A stretch of 62,972 nt of DNA, filler included. It is 14 parts of 14 records of this genome, joined end to end, with 100 filler letters (N's around TTAATTAATTAA, not from the genome) between each part and the next. Parts side by side here need not be neighbours in the genome. Positions count along the whole stretch, not along the records: positions 18,114 to 25,743 come from SRR15195285_2422; positions 25,844 to 29,886 come from SRR15195285_2426; positions 29,987 to 33,075 come from SRR15195285_2429; positions 33,176 to 40,359 come from SRR15195285_2436; 10 more parts are not named here. One strand, given 5' to 3'. The position numbers and the translations under genes are program-made. Below are positions 23,590 through 33,359 of the stretch, piece by piece. Every line of letters starts with the position of its first letter. The stretch's first letter is position 1. The notes under the pieces were generated by a model. It did no database searches. It was given only the letters and a program-made list of their open reading frames with translations, and was not told the origin of the DNA.

Positions 23590-25743
23590 TCATCGAGCCA
23601 CCACGGCCGCCGCGAGCGCTTTTGATGGTTCCTTGGGTCGATCCCTACCTACCTTGACCAGTGCGTCGATTAGCATCGGCCGAATTTGCGCGTTGATGAA
23701 TTGCACGGTATCGAAGGAAGGCAGTCCAGCAGCACCCACGCCACCTACCCCGGAGTCGCGCACGAGATGTGACCGCCCAGTGCGGCTCAAGTGACCTGCC
23801 ATTCGGCCACGCATGCGTGAAGTCAGCCCATGTACAGACAATCGTGGCGCGTTCGCGTGCCGCAGAGGGCGATAGACGGACCACGGAATCTAGCCTGGAG
23901 TTTCGCCAACTGCTGCTCCGCTGCCGGATCTGCTCCCGCTTTCGTATTCATAGACAGGGACCCAGGCTCCGCGAGGCACTGCTCTACGAAGCGCGACAGG
24001 TCGCTTGGCCGAGCAGCATCAGCGGCCCCAAACAGCGCGCTGACGTCAGGCAGGACAGTCGACTTGACGAATTGCTGCGGGCCAAATATCGAGACGTGTT
24101 CCTGCGATATCAACCAAGCAGCGTGCGCAAGAGGCTCCATTTCAGTACGCAATTGTGGGCGTCCCGTCCAACAGCCTGCCAGAAAATGCTTGTGGTAATA
24201 ATGTGCGCCACTGGAGTGACATTCACACATGTGGAGGCTCGTCTAGGCTGGCTTAGCAGTTGCTAGCACTGTACAAGTTGCCAACGAGAGGCTGGTTTGG
24301 CGCACCGTTTGAGCGTGCTTGAGCCTTATGGGCGGCGGTTCGGGGGCTGGTTTGCGCAGAGGTCTGTGCTCCGGTGCCGCGGAGACACGGAGCGGAGCGA
24401 GACCTGATACGATGGTCGGACGGGAGGCGTGAGCGGTCGCTCTAGCTTCGCGCGCCGCCATATCCTGCGGTGACGGCGATGCACCAGCAGTCGCCACGTA
24501 CTGATTGCGCTGGCTTGATGTGGTCCAAGGTGATGTGTTGCCGGTAATCGGGCTCCGGTACTCCGGTCGAGATGGTGCTGATTTGGATTCTGATTCGCCT
24601 TCCTCAAGTGCTGTATCGCCTGCTTGAGGGGTTGCCACGCTGAGTCTGCTGTAGTTAGCTGCAGGCACTGCTGCAGGTCCCGACAGCCCAGCCGCGAGCT
24701 CGTCCTCAGTAAGCACACCGTCGCCGTTCTTATCGAACGCTGCAAAAAGTAGCTCCAGCGCAGAAGGTCCGGCGACAACTGTCGTGGCAGCGTCACCGGC
24801 CCCGTCGGCTCTGCCAGTAGCTGCCCGTTGACTTGCATCCCCCTCTGGCATCGTCTCTGGTTGCGGCTCCGGCGCCGGCTGCAGCAGCGAGTACGGTCGG
24901 CTGGCTTGAGGTTGTGGCTTGGGTTCAGGCTCTTTCGCAGTAAGCTCCGCGCGTGCCAGCGCTGGACTCCCGGCGTCGGCCAGCTTGGCAGGGGGTGTCT
25001 GTACCAAGGCAGAACCGACAGCGGGCGGCGGCGAGGCAGCGCTTCGCGACGCTGCTGGCGATGTAGCGTCCCGTGAGGCGATAGCTGCAGTCGCACCAAC
25101 ACCTACCTGCATCGGCGGCCGGCGCGAGCCCGGGGTCGGCGTTGCCGCGGCGCTTGCTGACCGCGGGTGCACGTCAAACCTGGACGCGGACAGCGGCGCG
25201 ACGCCCCCGGCCTCAGTCGACACGACAGCATCTGACTTGATCTCGGAGTTTGGCGCGGCTGTAAGCCCGCCGGCAACAGTGCCGAACAGCTTCTCGGCAG
25301 CGACAGTTATCCGCCGCGTGTGCAGCGCGGACGGAACTAGGGTGCGAAGTGCGGCGCTGTCATGGACGAGCTCGTGCAGCCTGGCACCATCCACTGCGTT
25401 CTCCGCGAACTTGTGGGTGTACTGCCCGAGGCTCAAGTCCTCCTGCAACCATTTTCCCACGTCTTCCACACCCCACCGTGGTGCGGGCTTCGCGACGGTG
25501 CCACTGCCAAATGACGACGCGCCCAAGACACCGGACGACTCGGGCCCGGCGCTAGCGCCCATGGTATCAGCTGCGACCGGGCGCGGGGGCACGTCCACGC
25601 GAGATCCGCGCGACTGGAACCGGTCGCTGCGAGTGGACGGCGCATCAGCGAGCGGTTCCAGCCACAGGCTGGCCGGCTCAGCAGGCTGCGGCTCAGGCTC
25701 GGGCTCGGGCTCAGGCTGCGGCTGTGGCTGTGGCTGTGGCTGC
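23590..25743 (-). CDS. 5'-partial multi-exon protein: PE/PQ repeats, SAM domain, EF-hand, C-terminal Dpy-30/RIIa-like motifs
   Basis: SAM WGVEDVGKWL..LGQYTHKFAENAVDGARL; EF-hand FDKNGDGVLTEDEL; FINAQIRPMLIDALVKVGRDRPKEP. Exon borders in 23750-24310 are approximate. Confidence 0.65.
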
Positions 25744-25843
25744 NNNNNNNNNNNNNNNNNNNNNNNNNNNNNNNNNNNNNNNNNNNNTTAATTAATTAAN
25801 NNNNNNNNNNNNNNNNNNNNNNNNNNNNNNNNNNNNNNNNNNN
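25744..25843. other. Artificial contig linker
   Basis: 44N-TTAATTAATTAA-44N. Confidence 0.99.
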
Positions 25844-26566
25844 CAGCGAGAGGCCACGGCAGACGAACACTCGTCAGAGATTTCTGCAGTGCGAGCCCAG
25901 TGGTCTACGTCGGAATCGCTTGTGCAACAGCTTACGGTACAGCTAGAGCAGATGAAATCTGAGGTGTCTGAACAGCATGCGCTACTGAAGGAGTCTGGGG
26001 AGCAGCTCCGACAAAAAGAGGCGCTCCGCGCGGAGGTAGCAGTGCAGCTGCAGGTGGCCCAGGACGAGCGCACTTCTCTCCAAGAAGAAACAAAACGACT
26101 TGCCTCGGAGCTGACGCAATTGAGAGAAGATTGGTTTGCAAGCTGGGAAGCCGAGCAGCATATGTCTTCGGCTTCCGTGCAGTCGCCATCGATGGCTGAT
26201 GCTGACTCCGATTCATCCTCGTCCTCACGAGGTGGAGAAGACTCCTCATACCTGCGCTACCTCAAAGTTGAGAAAGACATGCCAGCATTGGACGCGACTG
26301 TGGACCTCTCCTGGTGGCAGCCGACCGCCGCGGAGGAGAAAAAACGGCAGGGGCGACGTGGATCTTCTGTCGAAAGGTTAAAAAACGAGTGGGAGAAAGC
26401 CCAGTCTGCACAGCTAGAGCTGCATGCGATGCAGCAGAAAGTCGATACCCGGCGCGCTAGGTTGCGAGACCAACTGGCTCGGCATGGCATCAAAGCAACA
26501 GGTGACACGCGGAGCGGCACGGCGCCACGAAGGAAATACGTCGACGATGACGACGATGAGGACTGA
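25844..26566 (+). CDS. 5'-partial coiled-coil protein (C-terminal end), function unknown
   Basis: Frame is open from the contig start; E/Q/L-rich heptads; acidic tail DDDDDED. Confidence 0.65.
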   Translation, partial: QREATADEHSSEISAVRAQWSTSESLVQQLTVQLEQMKSEVSEQHALLKESGEQLRQKEALRAEVAVQLQVAQDERTSLQEETKRLASELTQLREDWFASWEAEQHMSSASVQSPSMADADSDSSSSSRGGEDSSYLRYLKVEKDMPALDATVDLSWWQPTAAEEKKRQGRRGSSVERLKNEWEKAQSAQLELHAMQQKVDTRRARLRDQLARHGIKATGDTRSGTAPRRKYVDDDDDED

Positions 26567-26636
26567 TATGCAGTAGAGACAGCCTGTGGCACCGGAGTTG
26601 AATATTGAACCAACTTGGCGCTCACCGAGTCAATGG

Positions 26637-29600
26637 TCAAGCTCCAGTGGCCACTCCAGCTGGTGAAGCCATAGGAGTAGTTTGTGTTAGGCCGCCGGAT
26701 CCCGCTCCCGCTCCTGCTCCTGCTGCCTTTGCTTTGGCTGCACGCCCAGCGGCTGCACGAAACACAGTCGACACCACTTGAGGTGGCTCCAATATCGCCG
26801 CCCCAACGATCCAACCGACCACAATTTGTTTGAACTGCGACGACGTGCGACAAACCATGCACGCAGCTGTTAGCATTGAGTCACTAGCACGGAAGCGACG
26901 AGTTAGTCCGCCAGGAGCCTCGAGCTGGAATCATTCGAAATCGCAGCGTTTTACATGCACGAACCTGTCGGTCGTCCAGGCTTTCTAGCTCTCTCTCGCG
27001 CACTGCTCCGATAAACATCTCCCACATATCCGCATCCATTGCTGCCCCAGGCTCTTCTACTAGGGATGCCCATGCATCTGCAGGCAGCGTTTGTTGCAGT
27101 AGCGGACCAAACTTTCCGGCTGTGACCTACGTACCATGCACCGCGATCAACGCAACAAAGCGGTCGGCAGCAATTCAAGGAAAACATCTACACAAACAGC
27201 ACGACCGAGACAAGCAGTGGCCATGATGCGTACATGCTGGAAAGTGACATTGGTTGTAGGACCTCCACTCAGGTGCACAAGCAACTCATATGCGCCTTTC
27301 ACCAACTCGTGCGGAGGGACGAAATCGCACATTTTCATCCACTGCGCTGTTGCCGTTTTGATTTTCTGTTCGATGATTGGGTTGGTAGCTGGAACAGTAG
27401 GATTTGTGGCGGATGCTGGGACGGGCCGATTCACAGGTGACGTATTCACAGGTATCGTCGACGTTGGTGTAGTTGATTTTGCAGCATTTGTAGCAATCGG
27501 CGTCGTTGTGGGAGCCGGCGAGCTCGGTGGCCGGGGTCCAGTAGTCGGCTTGACAGCGCTGAAGTTGGGAGTTGCAGGGGTTCGTGATTGCATGCTATAG
27601 CTCGTCTTCACCTGCTGGTCTGGAGTGGCAGGAATTGGTGCCTCAGATGTCGCTGGAGGGGTTGGTACAGGGCTCTGGATCCCTTTTGGCACAACTGGAT
27701 CTGTCATGCTGCCCCGCTGGCGGAAGCGGGGCGAATTATGGACCATCCTACCGGATGAATGGAACCTGTATGCCTCGAACAACAACGATTCGTCGACCAA
27801 CCCGGTGCTCTCCACTTGACCATCTAGACTCTTTCCGTCGATGAGTGGGAAGCGCACGTGCGCAAGGTAGGCCGCTAAATTTTCCTTGACTGATGCAGTG
27901 GCAGCTGTCGTTGCGAGTGTGTTCACAGAGGCAGCAGCGGCTGGCGATGCGGGAGCAATGCCACTGCCGAAACGCGTGCGTCCCCACTGAACCACCCCAA
28001 GAAATAGGTCCAGCTCGTTTGCTTGTGACTTGTCGGACTGCACCAAACTCATCACTGCAGAGTCTGGTAATTCGCAGAAAGCTGGCGATTTGACCAGCGC
28101 TGCTAGATGTCTCTCGCTGAACTCGATGCAGCGTTTCACAAGATCGGGGCGATTGAAGCGCGCTGCCGCTGATAGGACGGCACACACATTTGACACCGAC
28201 ATTTGCTCTGCAATCACTGCGGCAGCAGCATTGGCCAAGCCAGCGATCTTATAGTGTTGCGCCAAGTCCAGCACCTCGACTACCATCTCTGGTGTTAGAT
28301 TGTACATCTGCACGAAGTTTACTTCGCCGGTGTAACAAAATTGTAGCGCTACCTTAACAGCTTGTAGCGAGTAAGAAATCTCGATCGGGACTTGAGTTCG
28401 CGGCTTGCCTCGAAGCATGTCTGTGAACACAGCCGAGTGTGACATGAGCACGTTGGCATGTGCATGCAGTGTGGCGTCTTGGTGTGGCACGTTGCCGTGC
28501 ACACCGGTCACCCGTAGTGTGATGTCGCCACAGAGACCATCTGTCTGCATCTTTGTCATGCAGCTTCTCCATGCTGTCTGTGCTTTGGAATCTTTCGGCT
28601 TCAGCACTTTGGCAGCCGCCCCGACATGGCGTTTGGACATACCAGCCTGGAATGCATGTTGGGTGATTGCACCAACACTGTCTGGCGGAGTTTTTGTCGC
28701 TGCCACGTTAGCCGACTGCTTCACAACATCTGCCCGCATCTGTGCTTGTGTTGCAGCTTGAATCTGTGCTTGTTTAGCTGCAGCTTGGTGTGCCTGCATC
28801 GTCATCGCAGGAGGCCGTGGCACCCCAGACGCTACCGGTATTGCTGGCGCACTTGTGACCTTAGTATGGTTTGGAGCAGTTGAAACTGGGGGAGACGGCT
28901 TGGCAGCTGGCTTCGCTTTAACAATGCCAGCCCGTTCGAGCACTGCATCGCACTCGGCCGGTGTCAATTTCATGGCCTGCGCGAGGTAGGCCTTAACCTT
29001 CGCAGGCGGGCTGCTCCGAACTTGCGGATTCGCGATGACGAACTTCAATGCCTGTGCGACTTGCATTTCGCGAACAGCAGGTTTTGCAGCCGGTGCTGGA
29101 ACCGACGCTGAAGGCTCTTGCATCGGCGATGGAGGCGACCCGCTCACACGTGCTGCTTGTCGTGCGGCCGCTAGACCAGGCGTGTCAGGAGCTGATGTCA
29201 TTTTCGGTGAGGTAGGCGACGCCTTCGTGTTCGATAGCAGCGCATCTTGCTCTGCCAAAAATTCCGCTGCCAATCCGGATCCAGACATTGGGGTTGAGGG
29301 CGGTTTCTGTTTAGCATTGACAGGTGTTGACGGGTTTTCTTGGTCGCCCTGTCTGCTTTGTTCAGACAGAAATGCTGCGGCCAAGGATTCGCCGTTTTCC
29401 GCCTGATTGGCTGTCCCCTGCTCTGCGAGAAATGCTCCAGCCAACGATGAATCTGGTGCTTCTTGCTTTGGCTCCGAATGACCGTTTTCAGAAAGAAACT
29501 CTGCAGCCAACGATGCCCCAGTTTCCATACCCTTTGGATTGGTTGTAGTTGTAGAACCTGTCTTTTCTTGTTCAGATAAGAATGCCGCAGCCAACGATGC

Positions 29601-29886
29601 GCCTGTTTCCGCACCCTTTGTTTTAGTTGTGGCCGTGGGGCCCGCCTCGGCGGCCAGAAAGTCTGCCGCTAGAGACGCACCAGACACCGAGCTTGCATTT
29701 GAGGCCGGTGCAGCAGCTGCGGCTGTATCAAAACCACCCTTCAGGAACTCAGCAGCTAAGGTGGACCCATTGACTGGCTGATTCACGTCAGCCCTGGCAT
29801 CAAGATCCGCCCTCGAGCGGGCAGGCGCAGTAGCCGTCGACGCCTCTCCTGCTGCCGCCGACACTGGGGCTGATGATGACGCGCCG
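26637..29886 (-). CDS. 5'-partial protein: 7x LAAxFL repeats, Pex14 N-terminal-like domain, BTB/POZ, BACK; at least two 3' introns (about 27126-27233 and about 26927-26966)
   Basis: REMQVAQALKFVIANPQVRSSPPAKVKAYL..LTPAECDAVL; BTB DITLRV..HAHANVLMSHSAVFTDML..FCYTGEV; BACK NVCAVL..FCELP..ELDLFLGVVQW..HVRFPLI. Confidence 0.8.
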
Positions 29887-29986
29887 NNNNNNNNNNNNNN
29901 NNNNNNNNNNNNNNNNNNNNNNNNNNNNNNTTAATTAATTAANNNNNNNNNNNNNNNNNNNNNNNNNNNNNNNNNNNNNNNNNNNN
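29887..29986. other. Artificial contig linker
   Basis: 44N-TTAATTAATTAA-44N. Confidence 0.99.
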
Positions 29987-30754
29987 GGGTCAGCCCAAAT
30001 ACCAATTTCTTCTTACCAAGACTGTACCGGATACAGTAGGATTCCTATTCAGTACGCAAGACTGCTGGGTCTGAGACATTCGAAAAGTCGTGGAGATCGC
30101 AGGGGCCCCGAGTCCGTCAATCCCCCTGCTTTTCTGTTGGCAGTCGAGAAAAGACCATGACTCGAACTTGGACAAGTCAATTAATTGGAAATCCATCGCA
30201 TATAAGTACGAATTTATAGTACCGACTCCAATTCCAATTAGATCTATTTTACGTCGCGGACACCGAGACGCCCTCCCCCGTTCTCGGAGATGATCCGGTT
30301 CTCCTCCCCCCATCCCAGATCCCCTTTTCATCAAAGCCACGCTGAGTGATTCCTACAAGTACAACATCACAGGCTGTTGATCAGAAACAACACGAAATTC
30401 ACTTGTGATGCCCGAGGAAAATTAGCGACTCGACCCGGTCAGACGGCATCCACTCGACTTCTTAGCGAGTTTTCTGACTCGCGCGCATTGCATGGCTTCC
30501 CTGGACTGGTGAATATCTCAGATCCGTCCATGAAGTTCCGCGGTCTGAATGCACACAGGATATACTATGAATAAACAAGCGCCGGAGTATATTTAAAGAG
30601 AATGAGACACGCACTATGAATAGTGTACACAGAATACTGTACTCTTCATGAGCATCGACCTGTCACCGTTTGTTTGGTTGAAAGCGGGGATTTTCCAGAA
30701 GGGATTTTCCCCTGCGGAACTGCCGGGGTTTTCGTGCGAAAAAGCGTCTCGAGG

Positions 30755-32155
30755 ATGGTGATGGGGGGGATGGTCCGCTTGTTGCTTCCCTCTTTGTACG
30801 GCTGGTTCTTCCTGGCGGGGACTCTGCAGCTCGGGGCGGAGGCGGAGTACGATGACGCGGATATGTGCGAGGCGGCGCAGGGTGCGGGATTTTCGGACTA
30901 CCTGACGGGCGGCGCCGAATGGCATCAATGCCTCGAGGTCAGCGTGGTGCTTGTGAACGACGGCGTGCTGAGTGGCGACGTTCCAGAGGACGACCACGGG
31001 AAGGTCGGCCAGCGTTGCGTGGCGGGCGAGCATTTCACGGGCATCGATGTTCTCTTGGAGAGTGACTGCCCTAAAGGGTGGAATTGCAACTCTGTTCAAG
31101 CCGGAGTGAAGGCATGCCGCAATGGGCTGTACTGCCACGACGGTGCAGTTGCCACGTGCGAGCAGTGCTCATCTTGTCCGATGAATGGACCGTGCGGCAA
31201 CTGCAGGACAACCTTCTACCCGCGGGTGGACGAGTACTCTGTGCTGCGGCTCTCGGACTTCTGCGATAGAGGCGCCTACGACACCGAAGACACGTGCAAT
31301 GCCGCGATGGGCTGCCACTGGGCGAGGGGGGCCACAGCTGCTGACTCCAAATGTCTTCCGGGTCCTATCACAGCCCAGGGAGATGGCGACCACCTCCAAC
31401 TCCGTGCCCCGGATCCAAGCAGCGCCGCTGACGCTGACAGGCACATGGTCTTCACGCCAGGCCAGGAGTTCTACGTCGAGATGGGTAGGGACGGCATCGG
31501 CAACGGCGTCGTCCGGTCGCCGATCGTCGTGTTTGCACAAGACAACGTTGAGGCACTTGCGATGTACCTGAAGCTGGGAATGGTGAGCGGTTTCCCTCGC
31601 AAGATCGCCTGGGAGCAGACAGGCTTGATCAGCTCCAGCTGCGGTGACGCGAGCCTGCCGCACGTCAAGCTCCCCGGCTCGCGGAGGAACCTTCGTCCTC
31701 ACTTGCTTGCGAAGTGCGCCAGCGTTAAAGACTCTACAACCGGCCAAGGTTACTGCGCAGACGGAGCTGACGGGACTGGGGGTGTGGCTGACTGGCCGAT
31801 GACAGACTGCGGATTCAGCACGTTAGAGGGTCTCTACACCAAGGAGGGCAAGTTTGATGGCATGCGGTGGGTCGGTCCTCCACCAGACAACACAACGATT
31901 GAGGGCGGGCCAGCGGACGACTGCTCGCAGGATATGTGCGGCGCCCCACCAGTCAAGGGCGAAGCGGTGGCTCCTGTGCAGCTGTATCTCACGTGGATGG
32001 GCACCGACAAGGGCGGGCGTGACATGACCTCCGGCGGCTTGACTTACGAAGCGTTCAAACAGTACTCGGCGTACGAGGCCTTCACAGCAGCCAAGGACGG
32101 AGCGAAGAGCCTGGCTGAAAAGTCGCGGCAGTGTGTGACCCTGAAACAATGCTGA
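30755..32155 (+). CDS. Secreted Cys-rich protein of unknown function
   Basis: Signal peptide MVRLLLPSLYGWFFLAGTLQLGAEA; intronless ORF of about 465 aa; motifs TFYPRVDEYSVLRL and LYLTWMGTDKGGRDMTSGG..FKQYS. Confidence 0.75.
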   Translation: MVMGGMVRLLLPSLYGWFFLAGTLQLGAEAEYDDADMCEAAQGAGFSDYLTGGAEWHQCLEVSVVLVNDGVLSGDVPEDDHGKVGQRCVAGEHFTGIDVLLESDCPKGWNCNSVQAGVKACRNGLYCHDGAVATCEQCSSCPMNGPCGNCRTTFYPRVDEYSVLRLSDFCDRGAYDTEDTCNAAMGCHWARGATAADSKCLPGPITAQGDGDHLQLRAPDPSSAADADRHMVFTPGQEFYVEMGRDGIGNGVVRSPIVVFAQDNVEALAMYLKLGMVSGFPRKIAWEQTGLISSSCGDASLPHVKLPGSRRNLRPHLLAKCASVKDSTTGQGYCADGADGTGGVADWPMTDCGFSTLEGLYTKEGKFDGMRWVGPPPDNTTIEGGPADDCSQDMCGAPPVKGEAVAPVQLYLTWMGTDKGGRDMTSGGLTYEAFKQYSAYEAFTAAKDGAKSLAEKSRQCVTLKQC

Positions 32156-32619
32156 GCGGCAGCGTAATGTACGGCTCTCGACGTGTTCGATCCGTTTTGG
32201 TGTACATATGAAGCAAAAAAAACGTTTGAAGTGGATGCGGGCGCAGCAACCACGGACAACTGCGCACCCATTTCACGCCACGCCGCAGCCTTTGCACGTA
32301 GCCCCCGGTCCCATACCCTTGCAGCCGTACCATGCACCGCCGTCAATCACCCTAAAGCGATGTCTGCCGCGAGCGACCAGTTTTGATTCCGATGTAGCTC
32401 TGGGAACGATGGCTGGGAACGCTGGCTGCTAGTGTACAATGACGCCTGTCATCAGGGCTCACGGCGCCAGACACTCTCTGATGAGAGTGTCTGGCCGTAG
32501 TGTCCGGGCGGGGTATGCAACGGAGTGTCCGGTTCTGCACATGCGAAATGCAGTGTCCAGTTTCGTAGATTCACACATGGGTTATGGAGTTGTGCACTAC
32601 TCGTGCTGGCAATCTATAG

Positions 32620-32968
32620 ACTGTGCTGGGAACAACGACGGCTGTGGAGATGTTGCAATGCCTTGCCGAGAGAGTGAGCGCGCTCCATGACTCTGGATGC
32701 GGACGAGTCATGATTCTCTCATCCGGACGGAGTTGCGAAGCTCAGTGGCTTCTCCAGCATCGCGCAAGTTTCGCAGCCGACGACTACACTCTACGACAGT
32801 CGCGTCATGTCCGTGCACATCTACCGAGCGCCAGAACTGTGAGAGGTAAAGAGTAACAGTAGTAGCTGCTCAGTCGAGTGCCTGCATCCTGTAGCAGCCG
32901 ACGTGTACGCTCTCGGCGGAAGTTTCAACTTTATGCTCACGAATGGCAATAACACTCAAACGTGGTAA
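32620..32968 (+). pseudogene. Decayed protein-kinase fragment (subdomains VIa-IX)
   Basis: LAERVSALHDSG, frameshift, GVAKLSGFS, IYRAPEL then in-frame TGA at 32840-32842, continuing to AADVYALGGSFNFMLTNG. Confidence 0.6.
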
Positions 32969-33044
32969 GCATTACAAGTTGTGATTATGCCGATGGTGTC
33001 AGAGCGGCCCAACGTGTATGGTATGTCGTTCTGAACGACAGTGT

Positions 33045-33075
<31 letters not shown>

Positions 33076-33175
33076 NNNNNNNNNNNNNNNNNNNNNNNNN
33101 NNNNNNNNNNNNNNNNNNNTTAATTAATTAANNNNNNNNNNNNNNNNNNNNNNNNNNNNNNNNNNNNNNNNNNNN
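33076..33175. other. Artificial contig linker
   Basis: 44N-TTAATTAATTAA-44N. Confidence 0.99.
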
Positions 33176-33359
33176 AGTCTGAATAGGGCTGCGAGTACCA
33201 TAGCATGCGCGCGTGCCTGTGGAGCATAATATGCATCCCGCGCGGCGGAGCTGCCGCCGCGACTTGAACTGGCGCTGCAGTGCACTTGGAGAGGACGCCG
33301 GAGCTGTGGAGCTGTGGAGCTGTGCCTGTAGCGGCCGCGCGCAGAACGTGGGGGGAACG

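Noticed and set aside
29990-30574. Short ORFs in contig-end blocks (also 11330-11676 and 39490-40091)
   Set aside because: No motifs and atypical composition; more likely non-coding or repeat DNA.
32840-32842. In-frame TGA as evidence of an alternative genetic code or selenocysteine
   Set aside because: The same fragment also has a frameshift and has lost its catalytic loop; TAA, TAG and TGA all terminate intact genes elsewhere in the window.
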